Source: Cyanophora paradoxa CCMP329 (taxonomy: Eukaryota > Plantae > Glaucophyta). From it: a DNA stretch of 64,000 nt. A program made the translations under genes and the position numbers. The notes under the pieces were generated by a model, which saw only the letters and a list, made by a program, of their open reading frames with translations, had not been told where the DNA came from and did no database searches. Numbering within the stretch: position 1 is the stretch's first letter; each line of letters opens with the position of its first letter. Location: contig QPMI01000416.1 in NCBI GenBank assembly GCA_004431415.1, positions 496,001 to 560,000 of the forward strand, read 5' to 3'. Positions 35,225-48,411 of this stretch are shown here, one piece after another.

Positions 35225-36730
35225 GGGCCCCCGCTCCGCCCCTTCCAGCTCTAGATCTGCTTCAAAGGCCTGGTGGGGGTACGGGGTGCGGCATCACGCT
35301 CCTGCGTGGCCCTCCAAGGAGTACAGGCCCGCGCCCGCGCGCCTTCTTGGAGGCGGCCCGCGCACTTTCTCGGAGGAGGACTTCGGAGGGCCTCAGCGCC
35401 TCGGGAGGGCCGGGGGGGGGGGGGGGGGGGGGGGGAAGGGGGGGAAGGGGGTGGGGGGGGTGGGGGGGGGGGGGCTGCGCATAGGAGGGGAGGAGGAAGT
35501 ACATGAGGCAGTTGTACGCCAGGTCGGAGAGCGGGTGCCCGAGGGTCGAGAGCTCCCAGTCCTGCGTACCCGTCAGGGCAAAAACACGAGTCCGGGGCTC
35601 GGGCGCGGGGGGTACCAGGACGGCGATGACGCGGGGCTGCCGCAGTGCGTCGGGCGGAACACGAGGTTGTCGAGGCCTGCGTGGGGATCAGGATGGAGGG
35701 GGGTACGGCGACGCCTTTCGGCGCACGGAAGTCGCCGTGTACGAGGCAGCTGTCCGAGTCGGCCTCGGGGGGTACGTTGCCGGCGAGCCACGCGGCCAGG
35801 CGGTCCATCGCTTCGATTGTACCCGTCTTGCTCGCCTCGTACTGCGCGCGGGGCGTCGGATCGGGAGGAAGCCAGGGTACGGTGAATTCAAATTCGATCC
35901 GGGGCGCGCCTGCGCGGTCCAGCGGGCGACCTGGCGGCGCGAGTACCCGTCCACGCGGCCGCAGTCGGCGAGCCCGAGAGCCTTACAGTCGACCGCGTGC
36001 AGCTGCGGGGGCGCTCAGGCGGGCCGAGGCGGCGCAAGCAGCGAACGCGGCGGGCCTTGGCGAGCGTGTCGCCCATCGATTCGTACACCGCCGCGCGCTC
36101 TGCCGGCTGCGGGGGAGGGTGAGCGGCGTTCGAAGGGCTTTGGGAGCGCCCGCGCCTCCATGCCGGGGAGCGAGGGGTCCTGGAAGAGCCGCCCGCGCTC
36201 GTATCCTGCGGCGCCCGTCACGTCCGTGCACTCCCGCAGCGGGCGGGCGGCTTCGACGGCGCGCACGCATGAGGAAGAACGGCGTGCCGATCACGGCGGG
36301 GTCCTCGCAGAGGAGGATCGCCTCGGGGACGGGCACAGTGGTCAGCCTGCCGAGCGCCCGCATGACCCGGAACTCGCGCTCCACCGCGTGCGCGCTCGGC
36401 AGCAGCTGCGGAGACGAGCTCAGCCGCCGCACGCGACGCCGCCGGCTCGCGGCCCATGCCGCTCGGAGATCTAGATCAAGGTCGGCCGGTCGAGCACGCG
36501 ATGCACGCCAGGCGCACCTTCCCCGCCGGCTTCTTCCGCAGGACGTACGCATGCTCGCCCGCCTGCACGAAGTACGTCGGGTTCGACTGCCCGTTGCTGA
36601 ACTGGCCGACGCGGAGGCCGCCTTCGAGTCCCGGCACGCCGGCCGCTCGCAGGTGAGCCGTTAGCTTCGCCTCGTGCGCGTCGATCGTACGCGGCGAGGG
36701 TTTCGCGAGTTCGGCCCCGTACCCCCGCCA
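35225..36730 (-). pseudogene. Inverted, truncated duplicate of the ACAD11-like gene (APH/kinase-like half, introns retained)
   Basis: ~35490-36690 is highly similar to the reverse complement of ~48460-49650, including introns. It lacks the parental ATG region and has an 8-nt frameshifting insertion at ~35638-35645. A poly-G/C tract replaces parent ~49655-50050, followed by a short match to ~50050-50165. Confidence 0.85.
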
Positions 36731-36802
36731 GACCGTTCGGCGTCGAAATCCGCTTGCTGGACCGATCCAGCCACTAAAACCGCGCCCTAGAGACCGTGGA
36801 GG

Positions 36803-39800
36803 ATGCAGAGACCGCCACCGTCGCGCTTGGCGCTGCGCGAAATCCAAGGCCAGCACGCGGAGTCGCATGCCTCGAACTCGGCGGCAGCAGGGCGCAGCGC
36901 CTCCAGCGTTGTTTCGACGATAGACAAGGAGCCGAAGAGTGCATTCCCGGCCCGAGGCGTCAGCTCCGTCATGCCGAGCGAGTCGCCGCCGACCGCAGCG
37001 TGCTCGAGGCGGGATCCACCCAATTCCAGCACGCGGCGATCGCAGCTGATGCCCATTTGGATCTCCTACATGCACAAGGGGCGAGCTGCCGTGAGAAAGG
37101 CGCCTTTCCCCGCGGATCGACAGGTGAGCGTTCGCGCAGCGCGCCGCGCTTATGCCTAGGCCTGCGATTCGCAAACGCTGACGATATGCATTTCCGAAGG
37201 CCCTTAAAGCTCTCTGCCAGGCGATCACGGGAGACGGCTCGGTTTCCGGATCGACCGCGGCTGCGGCGGCCCAAAAGCTCGAGGAAACCTTCCGCGTCCT
37301 TCAAGAATCGCTCAAGTCTAAAAGCGCGTCGGTACGCGCATCGATATCCGCTCGCGAATTGCTGTCGGCTGCATGCGAATCTATAGCTAACCTCAAATCA
37401 GGCCACTTTGGTCGCGTTCGCCGAATCTGACAACGCAGCAAGCTCGAGTTCGGAGAGCTCGAGGTTTCTGTTTGCGTGGTGGTGCGCGCTCTTCCTTATG
37501 TTCCTTTTCCCGCCTCGCGCACACCTCTTCTGACGCCGCAACAGCAAGTATCTCGCGGAGCACATTTCCAGCGAGGTCGCGAATTCGAAGAAGGACGGCG
37601 GCTCCAGCTGCAGCTGCGGCGTCGCCTTCAGCATCCAGGCGAGGGCCCTGCACAGGGGGACTCTGCACCAGCTCATCGATGAGGTGGTTGCGGAGTCGCG
37701 CATGCGCACACGTACGTCCACGTGGTTCGAAGCGCTTCGGGACAAGCTTGGCCGCCTGAGAAAGGACGGCTCGGGTCCTGTCGAGGTGCCACTGGGCCCC
37801 CCTCGCGGTCTGCGAGCGGCCTGTTTAACTTCTGTTCCACTTAGCTCCTTCTCACGATCGAGAGGCGAGCGGGAGACGAGAGCTCTTCGGTGTGCTGGCC
37901 CTCGCCGTTCTTTTCCGTTCTTTTCCAGGCTTTAAGAAGCTACAGCTGACCGCCAGACCTCGCCGCAGCGCCCTGCGGAAGGCAAGGTGGAGCATCGCCT
38001 TCTGTACGGTTCGTTCTGCTCCTTTTTCAAGACTTCGAATGAGCTGTGATCATAATATTAATTACGAGCCCTGGGGCTTGCAGCCGTGAGCTTCCGCAAG
38101 GAGGGGCAAGGCACGAGCGTGGACACTCTCCTTCAGAGCCTAGGGCTGTGCGCTGACGCCGACGGGGATGCCGGCAAGATTTCGAATTCTCTGGTGCGAA
38201 TCTGATGGGAACCCGCACGGGCGACTCCCGGCCCGCTCACACGTAGAGGCTGTCGCAGGATCGGGAGTCCGAGAAGCCAGTCTCCAGCCCGCTCAGGGCC
38301 AACTTCTTCTCCTTCCTTGCGAGGCACCGAGCTCAGGTGATCATGATCATGAGCGCGCCTCGCTTGCGAACCCTAGGCCTGAATCTAGAATCCCATGCCC
38401 TTCCCTGACCGTTCGAATTCCGCTGCCGCAGCTCGAAGTCCAAGTGTTCATTCTCCTCGGGTCAGACAAACAGCTGGACAAAGTGCGCGCGCGGGGCGCC
38501 GCTCAATTATAATCTCAGCGCTATAGCTAATTACAATCTATAATCTCTCATATTATAAAAATAGCTAGCTATAGCGCCTCGCGATCGGCCCCCGCCGCTG
38601 ACTCCCATGCAGGCTCTCTTGGACGCCTCCTCCGCGGCCCCTGATCATGATGTGCGCGATCATGAGCAGCACAAGCAATCCCGAGCGGTCCCAGCTGCAG
38701 GCACGCACGCGCGGCCCCTCCCTCCCTCCGCCTCGAGAAGTCGACGCTCCCTCCTCCTGACTAGTCGCCCATCTTCTCATGATCAGGAAGCTCAAGCAGT
38801 CAAGTCCGAAGCGTCGAGAAGGAGAACGATCGCGACGCGGGCGACGATCGCGAGCTTCGGCTGGAGCAGCTGCAGGGGCGGGCGATCGCGACCAGCCCGC
38901 GGCGTTTCGGGAGGCAGCCCACGCCCTGGCTGCGGCATCCCCCGAGCCAGACGCCGGCCCCCGTCGCGCCCCTGAGCTCGACCCCGCCCGACTCCGCCCT
39001 GTCGTCCGCGACGCCGTACCCGCCGTGGCCAGCGGGGCCGGCGGCCGCGGCCGCGGCCGCGGCCCCCGCGTCGCCCGCGGAGACTCCCGGCCCCGTGGCC
39101 CAGCTGTTCCATCGCGCCTCGACCGGGAGCGCGGCGTCGGCGGATCCGGATCCGGATCTAGATCCGGATCAGCCTGCAGCTGATCGCGAAGCCGACGACG
39201 TCGACATGCCTCTCGCGAGCTTCGAGATCGAAGCCGGCGCCGGGCGGGCCCACGATCGCGAACAGCTGCAGCCGGAGGCCGCGGCAGCCTGCGTCGGGGC
39301 TCCGGCGCCGGCGTCCGATCTCGAGGTCAGCGACAGAGCCCACCAGCAGCGGCAGCTGCCGCTGCAGCCGCAGCCGCAGCTGGAGGCCGCCGGCGCCGCG
39401 GCCGTCGACATGGGTACGCCCCTCGAGCTCGGTCTTCGGCGCCTTCCTTCGCCGTCTAACTGACTTGACTTATAATCACTCCTCGCGCTCCAGATTTTCT
39501 TCAAGTTAACCAGGAGCGCGCGACCGATCGCGACCACGATGGCCTCGGGATCGGGATCGACGAGCCCGACTCAGGCCTGGAGGCGGCGTCGGGGAACGAC
39601 CATGGCTACGGTCCGTGTGCGCGCGCGCTGCGCCCCCGGGATGGTCGGAAGGGGACACCGCTCGATTCTTCGAGCTTGCCTAGTGCTCTACCTTACCACT
39701 CTCACCTCAACCTGCCGACCTAGGCCTGCAGCTGGAGGCGGCGTCGGCGTCGCACTTCTTCGCGGCGCCGGCCGCGGCGTCCCGTCCCACGCTGCGCCGC

Positions 39801-42714
39801 GAGTCGCGATCGGCGGGCGCCTGCGTCGCCGTACCCAGCGCCCCTACGGATGCGGATATCGATCCGGAGCCATCGGCGCCTCGCCCCCGCGCGTCCGCTG
39901 CGGCTCCCTCGATTTCCCTCCCCGACCCGGAGCCGGATCAAAATCTTCAGCTGCCGGCGCTAGTGGGCCGACCGAGCTTCCGCGGCCGGCCCAGCTCGAG
40001 CTCGAGCTCGCGCCCTGCAGCCGCGGCGGGGCCCGGGCCCGCGGCCGCCGGCCCCACCGCTGTCCAGAAGCCTAGGCCTTGCACAACGTCGGCCCTCCTC
40101 TCGGCCACGCGGGACGCCGAAAGCTTAAGCGACGAGGAGGACGAGGAAGAGGAGGCGCTGTCCCTCGCGGAACGCGTGGCCCTCCGCTCGCTGCAGCGCC
40201 CGGCGGCGGCAGCGGCGGTGCCGGTGGCAGCGGTGGCGGGCGGAGCTCACGGCGAAGTCGGCGGCGAGGCCCCCGTCGACGTCCACCCGCAGCTGCCTCC
40301 CGCGCCGGCGCCCCAGCCCCCAGCTGCAACACCGCAGCTGCCTTCCGCGGCCCAGCCCCCAGCTGCGACACATGTACAGCCGGAGCCGCGATCGCGATCG
40401 ACGCTCGTTCGCGAGAGCTCGGGCGGGAGCTCGAGTGGGGAGGGGCGGGCGGGGGATGCACATCCGCGCCCTGCCAAGCGGACGCGCGGCGACGGAGACC
40501 GCGCTCAGTGGTGCGCGCGCCCCGGCCCGGCCCGACCCTCGCTCAAATTTTTGCGCGGACCAATTTTCCCGGCAGCTCTGCCGGATCTGGGGAAGCCGAA
40601 GTGAAGCGCGAGGCGCGGCAGAGGAGGCCCGTGCAGCGCTTCGAATTCAGCCCGAAGAAAGAGCGCGAGGACTCTCCAGCTGCGACGCCCGCGCCCGGCC
40701 GCGGCCGCGGCCGCAAGCGGAGGACCGCTCCCGGCAGAATGGAGGTGCGCGGTCGACATCATAATCATCTGTCTTTACTTCAAATCGATTTAATGATAAC
40801 CGACCGCAGACGGCCGACGAAGAGGCCCCGTTCGTCGCGGCGACGCCGGAGGAGATGCGGGGGCTCCTGCTGGCCTGCGAGGAGCACGTCGCGCTCGGCA
40901 GTTCCGCCTGGATCCAAAGCCGCGAGGGCTGGCGGCAGCGCGTCGCGTCGGCCTCGAGCGAGGACGGCCTCCTCTTGCTTCTGGGCGAGCTGGCCCGGGC
41001 CGCCCTGCAGGACCCAGAGCTCGGCCCCAAGCTAAAGCTGGACGAGGGCGTGAAGAGGGCCGCGAACCCACCGGAGAACGCCGCGCGGCGGGCGAAGATG
41101 GCCCGGGGCCGGAAGCTGGACGCCGGTACCCACGACCTGAAGTACGCGGTCTGCGGGGCGCTCGGCCGGCGCGCGTACCCCGTCTGGGTGGCCACCGCGG
41201 CGGGGAGGCGGGTCCTGCCGGTGCGCCCCCAAGGCCCCCAAGGCCCTTAAGCTTCAACTTTAACTAGCTCCCGTTTACCTTTCCTTTCGTTTATCCCATC
41301 GACTAAACAACCTGAAACAAGAAGGCCCTTGAAACTAAACTTTCCCCTTCGATATTTCAAGCGTACGTCGACGTCCGGATCCGCGGCCGCTGATCGGCGT
41401 CGTGATCAGGGGTGGCCGCTGGGCGCCATGGTGCACGCGATCCTCGACGTCGACTTCGAAACGCAGTGGGACGCCGTCGGGGTACGCCGAATTCGAATAT
41501 ACGCCGCATCTGAATTAAATACGCCGAATATACTACGCCGAATATATATCCGCCTGGATCCGCGCGCCTGATGATATAAAATTCTAACGCCTCTCGCGCG
41601 CGCTCGTGCAGGAGGAGTGGAGGGTCCGCCGGGTCCCGTGGATCGAGGCACTCCTCGCCGCCCAGAGCGAGCGCGAGCTGCGGGCGCTGCTGAAGGAGCT
41701 CGCGGGGAGCGTCCGGGGGCGGCTCGGGGAGCGTTCGTCCGGCCTCGACGAGGTGATCAACTACGAGCCGGTGCCGGAATTCGAAGGCGAGGAGCTCGAG
41801 GCGGGCACGGGCACCTCGATCTTCGAAGCGTGCGAGAGGCTTCGCGGGGTCGCCTGCCCCGACCCCACATCGCCGCCGCCGAAGCGAGCCCGGGCCCGGG
41901 GCGCTTCGGCTTCGTCGCGATCGCGATCGGCGTCCCGCGGCGCCCGCGGCCGCGGCCGCGGCCGCGGCGGCGGCCGTCCTCGCTCGCAGCCGCGCTCGCC
42001 CGCCTGCACCGGTGCGTTGACTTTGATTTCCAAGTTGTTTCAAGGCACATCTTGACTTTCTGCTTCAAGGCACCCCGCCCGCGGCCGGCGGCAGCAGCCC
42101 GCCGGTCCACCGGCACCGGCACCGGTGCCCGCCTCCACGTCGACGCCCGCGCGGGCGCCGGCGGCGCCGGCTGCGGCAGCCGCGGGCGCAAGAACTCCGC
42201 CCCGACGCCCCGCTCCGGCTCTAGATCCGGCGGCCACGTGCACCGCGTGCGGTTCACGGAGAGCGAGTTCGCAATCGACGATCGCGAGTCCCCGCGGCCG
42301 CCGCCCGCGGCCGTCGCCGGCCCCTCCTCGCAGCCCGGCAGTCACGTTCGGGCCGCGGCCGCAGCTTGCAGCCGCAGACCGGCCGCGGGCGCAGACCTAA
42401 AGCTCGCAACAAGCGTGCACGCCTACCTCGCCAAGAAGCTCACCGACAGCGGCTACTCGGAAGGGGAGGCGGACGCGTCGGCCGCGAGTTTCGCGGCGAG
42501 GGTCCCGAACCTTCGCGTGCTGGAGAGCCTGGTCCGGGCCGCCGCGCAGCCCGCGAAACTCATAGCGGATCCGTCCGCGCGGATGGAGAAGCTGACGGAG
42601 CGGCTCAAGGGCGCGCTCCACAATCTCGAGGCGGGGCTGGATAGCCTCAAGGTCGCCCTGCTGGCCGCGGACCTCGCCGACGATTTCGAGGGAGTGCTGC
42701 AGCTGCAGGCGTAG
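36803..42714 (+). CDS. Large low-complexity, probably nuclear protein with an N-terminal D-box-like motif and two WHIM3-like helical repeats
   Basis: Exons can be chained in frame from MQRPPPSRLALREIQ to ...DDFEGVLQLQA-TAG. Repeats: WIQSREGWRQRVASASSEDGLLLLLGELARA and WRVRRVPWIEALLAAQSERELRALLKELAGS. Basic NLS-like stretches (GRKRR, PKRAR) and GRGRGR tracts are present. Confidence 0.6.
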
Positions 42715-44825
42715 GGGCTCTCACAGCTACTTGAGCGTGTAACTATAGCTAGTCTTTACTTTGCAGTGTTTTGGTAATCAAAGTGCTCATTTTCTCAGCG
42801 CTTAAAGTCGTGTGTTTATGAATATTTATACTAGCAGACCGCGCCCGGCCGTGCGCAAGTGCGGCAAGTGCGGGCCGCGCGCGGAGGTGCAAGGGGGGGT
42901 ACTTGTGCACATTGCAGGGGTCTTGAGAGGGGGGGGGGAGGGGGGGGCAGAGACGCGAGGCGGGCGGCCGGGCGAGGCGGGCGCCGGGGCGGGCGCCGGG
43001 GCGGGGGGGGGGGGGGGGGGGGGGGGAAGGGGGGGGGGGGCGGGGGGGGGGGAAGGGGGTGGGGGGGTTGCGCGCGGGTCAGAGAGGCGGGGCGGGCGGA
43101 CGGGCCCGGGGTGGGGTGGCGAGCGGCGGCGGCGGACAGGCGAGGGCGGCGGCGGGCGGGAAAGTGGGAGGAGAGGCAGTGGGATGCACATAGCCTGCGC
43201 ATGCGCAGAGCCGAGACGTCAGCTCTCCCTGGAAAGCGACTGTGCGGGGGCGGGGCCCAGCGGGGTCGGCCGGGTCAGGTGCGCAGCAGCAGCGGCGGGG
43301 CGAACCTGGAGTCGACGAAGTTGAAGCAGCCGGCGGGGCGGCGGGCGAGGAAGCGGGCGGAGCGGCGGCAGGTGGCGCCGGGCCCTGTTCATAGCCTGCG
43401 CATGCGCATGCTTGACCGGCGAGCCGCACCCCAGCCCGCCGCGCTCCCGCCCCGCCCGTCGAGCCGCGCCGTCGCTTGTCTCTCGAGCCTGCCGCCGGCT
43501 GCATGGCGCCGGCATCGGTGCGCGAGGGCAGCGTGGCGCGCGCGGGCCGATGCAGACCAATATGGCAGATGCAGGTTCACTCCGACAACGTGCCCACGCG
43601 TGAGAGGCTGCTGCTAGAGGCCAGGCGAGGCTGCTGCTGCTAGAGGCTGCTGCTAGAGGCGAGGCCAGACCCATGGCCACGCGTCAGAGGTTGCCGGTCG
43701 GCGGGCGAAAGGCGCCGGCAGTCAGCTGCAGCTGCAGAACCATCGGCGCGGCCTCGGCCAATTGCAAGCGGCGCGCACCGGAAGGCGGCGTCGCGGGCGC
43801 CTTCTTCCGGCACTGACGAACGTGCTTGTGCAGGTTCTTGTGCTTGAAGAGAATGACAACGCCGAGCTGAAGTCTGCTTGAACCGGAGTCCGTCAGAAAC
43901 CGAGAGCGTAGCTATAGGCCGAGCTCGAGGCCGCGACGCAGCCGGGCGCGCACCGGAACGCTGCGTAGTGGGCGCCTTCTTTCTGCACTCTCTCACGTGC
44001 CAACGTGTCCGGTCGAGCGAAGTGCTTCCAGCATGCGCAGCGAGTGCATTTGCCGCCAGTATGGCAGCCGAGCGGCTGCGATGGAGCTCGAGCAAAGCTG
44101 ACCTTCGCTTGCGACTACGTTTGTCGTCCGCGGACCCGGGCGAAGGGCCGGGTGACGCGTACCCGGTTCAAGGCTTTGGGGGGGGGCTATCTGGCCGGGT
44201 ACTGCAACACGATATCCCCTGAAACTCGCAGGAGCGCTTTTTTTCGGCGCCCGGTACAACAGGTACTTGAGGCGGCCTAGCGAGCCACGCGCCGCTTCTA
44301 GAGCCAAGTCATGTATGACAGAGTTTGTAGAGCGCATTGAGAGCATTCAGGTGCACGTGGTTTGGCGCATATAGCGATAGCAGGTGAGGCGCGAGCTCGA
44401 CATGTTTGCGCAGCCCCGCCCTTGCATTTTTTTCCGCCGCTCGCAGCGGCTACGATGTGATCACGCCTATACGAGAGCGCATGCAAAGAATCGCATCTTA
44501 CAAAAATTGCTAACACAGAAAGTACGCCGCACCAATTCACCAGGGGAGCAAGGGAGGGGGTACCCCCCCTTGCAATGTACATATCAGTCAGTGCCAAATC
44601 ATGCATATTCACATGGTCAGCGCACCACGTGCACCGTGCACGTGGCACTGGCATGGGCCAACCTTCAGTCAAGTGCAAGTGCCAATATGTATTATAATTA
44701 ATTTACTACACGAGCGGGCCGGGTATGGGTGGGTCGACGTCGGCAACACTAAAGACGGCCAAGGTTCGGTTAGATCTAGCTATAGAAACCTATGCAATCG
44801 CCCGCGGGCTTCGAAAGCATCATGA

Positions 44826-47800
44826 TCACAGGTTGTCGAGGGGCGGCCGCTCGTCGGCCTGAGCCACCCGCGAGCGCGCCCGCCCCACCTCCTCCTCCGA
44901 CAGCGCGCCCCGCCCCGCCTGCAAAGCGGCCGCCTCTTGTTAGGCGAGGGGGCCGGGGCGAGGGGGAGGGCAGGGGAGGAAATGACCTCCGCGGGGTACC
45001 CGAGTTCGTCAGGGTACACGTCGCCGCCCCCGCGGCGGCGCGCGGCGGCCCACCGCCAGAGGCGCCGAGCCAGGGACCCCCTTTCCTCTGCAGGAACGTT
45101 CAGCAGGACAGGCGAAACGCGGAGAACGAAAACGCGGCTGTACCCTCGGGCTCGGGGTACACGTCGAAGTCGCGGGGCTGGGGGGGAGAAAGCGCGCCGA
45201 CACCGGCCGCGGCGGGGGCCTCGCCGTCCGCCTCGGCCTTGGCCGCGGCGGCGGCGGCGCGGGCGGCCGCCTGCGCGTTGCGGCGGCGGACGAAAAGAAC
45301 GCCCCCCACCGCCGCCGCCACGGCGGCCGCCGCGCCCAGCACGCCGCCCGCAATCGCCCTGCGCCGCGGCGCCAGCTTCAGTTGTTTTGAACTTCAATGA
45401 ACTCTGATCGTGCGTACCCGGCGGGAGAGGAAGCAGCAGATACGGCGCCTCCGGCAAGGCTGCCCGCTTGCAGGGTGATGTTCCCCTCCGATTTCTGCGG
45501 GGGAAAAAGACGAGACTCAGTCGTTGAGAAACCACAAGACAGGGGAGGAGGAGAGGGGGAGAACCTCGGTAGGGGTAGGGGATGGCGTCGGCGTCGGGGT
45601 AGGCGGGGGAATGGCCCCGGGACACTCCTTGGCCTCGGCTGCGGCGAAAGATGGGGGGGGGGGGCGACCGGAGCACAGGGGTACACTAAAGCTGACCGGG
45701 TACGGGGATGACGAGGCCGGGCATGAATACGGTTTCGTACTTGACCTCAGAGCCGGGGCGCTGTCCAAAGGGGCTCGGAGGGGTACGGGATCGGGAGGAC
45801 CGGGACGGGGGTACCGAAACGACGAGGAAGAGGTCGCCGGTCCATTCCGCCGCGTCTGCGAAGGCGAGGCGGGTCGGGGGCGGGCCGGTCGGGGTACCGG
45901 GGGAAGGGTCGAGAGGGGGGTACAACAATAAGCGCGGCCTACCGAGCTGCTTGCTGATGCGAGGCAGGACGTTGCGCATCTGCAGGCGCGGCTCGTCGGG
46001 AGGTAGAGCGCGAGGGGAATTCCGAGCGCGCGGGAAGGGGGAGGGGGCGGAGGGGGAGGGGGGGGGGGGAGTTCGGCACCTGGAAGAACCAGTCGGCGTT
46101 GACGGGTACTTGCGCCGTCCCGTTCGGCGCTGCCGGAGGGAAGCGGCGTCAGAAGGCGGGTACCTGCCGGTGGGAAGCGTAAGGAGGCGAAAGGGGAGTA
46201 CCAACGAAGGTTGGGGAGGCGAATCGGCGTAGGATTCCGTCCCGCCCCATGTAGACCATCTCGTTCACCTGAGCGGACATTCAACTCAGATTCAACTGTG
46301 GCGAGAGGCAAGGAGAGATTGGAGAGACGGGCCTTGATCCCGGGCCCCGAATCCTGCGCGGCCGCGCGCAGGACGTCAGGGTCTCCGGAGGGGTACGAGA
46401 TCAGGTAAAGGGGTGCGGCGCACGCAGTTGACGAAAGAGGCGTCGAAGGATTGAACGAAGCCGCCGCTGGGGGTACAGCACGTTCAGGCGGGGTACGGAA
46501 TCGGGGGCGGGGCGGGGGTAGGGGCTCGCTTAGTGACGTTGAAGAGCGACGGGGCCCCGGGCCGCTTCTCGCAGCGCAGCTGGGGGGTACAGCTCACGGA
46601 GCGCAGCGGAGAGAAAAAAAGAGAGAAAGCGTACCCGGGAGCAGTCCTGCTCGACCAGGTCGCAGCTCTGCGGGGCGGTCGAACGAAGATCAGAACCTCT
46701 GGTAGCGGCTCCGGGGTACGGAGAAAGCAGAAATCGCGTACCCCGTCGGGCCCGGCGGGGGCGGAGAAGGCGCCGCAGGCTTCGCTGTAGAGCTCAGCGG
46801 AACCCCAGGTCGAGTCCGCCGCGGGCCCAATGGCGCCTGGCAGAAGATATAAATAGTAAGAAAGGGCGCAGAACAGTGGGGTACAGGGCTCGCCGACGAC
46901 TGTGAAGGGCGCGGAGCGGCCGCGGATCGTCTCCGATAGGACGGCGTTCACGATCTCCGCAACCTGTCGGAAGGGGGGTACGGCGATTGAGCTCGGGAAA
47001 GGGGGCGGGATTGTAGGGGGGGTACGCGGTCTCGCCTCAACGACGTAGAGACCCGAGGGGGTACCCTCCGGGATGCCCCAGTTGAAAAATCCTGCGAGGA
47101 TGTTCGGGGGTACAGCAATTTTGCGGCGGGGAGGCTACAGGTCCCCGCTCGCCTCGATTGTCGTACGCCCTGACGAGGACAGACTCGACGGGGACTGCGG
47201 GGAGGAAAGTAATGAGCCGAAGCGCGGGGTACGCGCGAGATGGGAACGGGTGGTACGTGTACGCGCATCCCGGGACGTTTTTCAGGAGGGAAACCTGTAC
47301 CAGGGAAAGAATCTGCACATTGCGGGCGACCCAGCGGATCTGAACTCGAAGAAAACGCGCGAGATCAAATCAGAGATCGAATTCGAGATGGAGGTCGGAT
47401 CAAATCGGCTCGCTCGCACTCGCCTTGAGCGTGTCGCCGGCGTTGAGGACAGTGCGTGCGTCGGGCATCACGACGCTGATGGACCGAACGCCGGCCGGCC
47501 CGCACTGCTCCACCTGTGAGGAACACGAGGAGGAGCACGTGCGCGTTAGGATCGAAGACAGTTGAAAGATAGGACGGAAACGAACGCACTGTGCGGAGGA
47601 AGGGTGTCAGCGCCGCGTCTGCTCCGCCGTCGGCGCGGCAGTGGGAGATCGGCAATAGGAACTTCGCGTGACATGTCTGCGCGCGGGAAGGGCGGCGGGA
47701 GCGGGAGCGGGTGCGGGCGGGAGCGGGCGGGCGGGCGGGAGATGAGAGCGCGCGTCAAGAGTGGCCGCATTCGAAGCGCGGGCCCGAGAGCCGCGCGGCG

Positions 47801-48310
47801 CGCGCTCGCCTGGTCCCCTGGGCACTGCGGCGCGAACGAACGACGGCGCGGGGCGGCTTAAGCTTGGCGCTGGGGCGCGCTGATGCGCGAGGGGTGGCGA
47901 GCACGCACCCAGTCGCACTCTGCCGCGGTGCAGACATCGCACGTCTGCGGAGGAGCGATCGATCTCAGACCAGGCGGCCGCGGCCGATGGATTCCGCGAA
48001 CTACAAAATCAGAGTTCGGGAGAGCAGCAGCGAGCCCCCAACATGATCCTAGCGATTAGAGCAGCGCCTCGCTCGTGCTCCGCGCTCGACCGGCGCGCGG
48101 CTAGGGAGAGCCGCAAATTTCGACCGCCTCCGACCGCGTCCGGCACGTACGCGCCTTTCCGTCGAGCGCGTAGCAGCGGTCTATCTCCACCTGCTCCTCG
48201 GCCGTGAAGTTGGCGGCAGCGATCGGCAGGAGAGACGAGAGCTGCAAAACCGCCAGGGCGCTAAGGAGAGCGGCAGCCTGCATGGGGACGGTCGGCGATC
48301 CAGGGCTCAT
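44826..48310 (-). CDS. Type I membrane protein with signal peptide, a PSI-like Cys module, an Ig-like segment and a PT-rich stalk
   Basis: Signal MQAAALLSALAVLQLSSLLPIAAA (ATG at 48283 or 48310). Then TCDVCTAAECDWCPGD..TCH; SISVVMPDARTVLNAGDTLKIRW; PPPTPTPTPSPTP; TM IAGGVLGAAAAVAAAVGGVLFV-RRR. Ends ERPPLDNL-TGA. Confidence 0.7.
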
Positions 48311-48411
48311 GCGGAGATGCGATTACAGCCGCCCGCACCGTCGCGCGCCTCATGGTTTCGATGCTCAGCAGTTTGGAATCAGGCCCCAGGGGGTACGGTG
48401 CCAAATCGAAC

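Noticed and set aside
36787-38330. Minus-strand ORFs as a separate gene upstream of the ACAD copy
   Set aside because: Splice signals and a continuous frame support + strand exons of the 36803-42714 gene instead.
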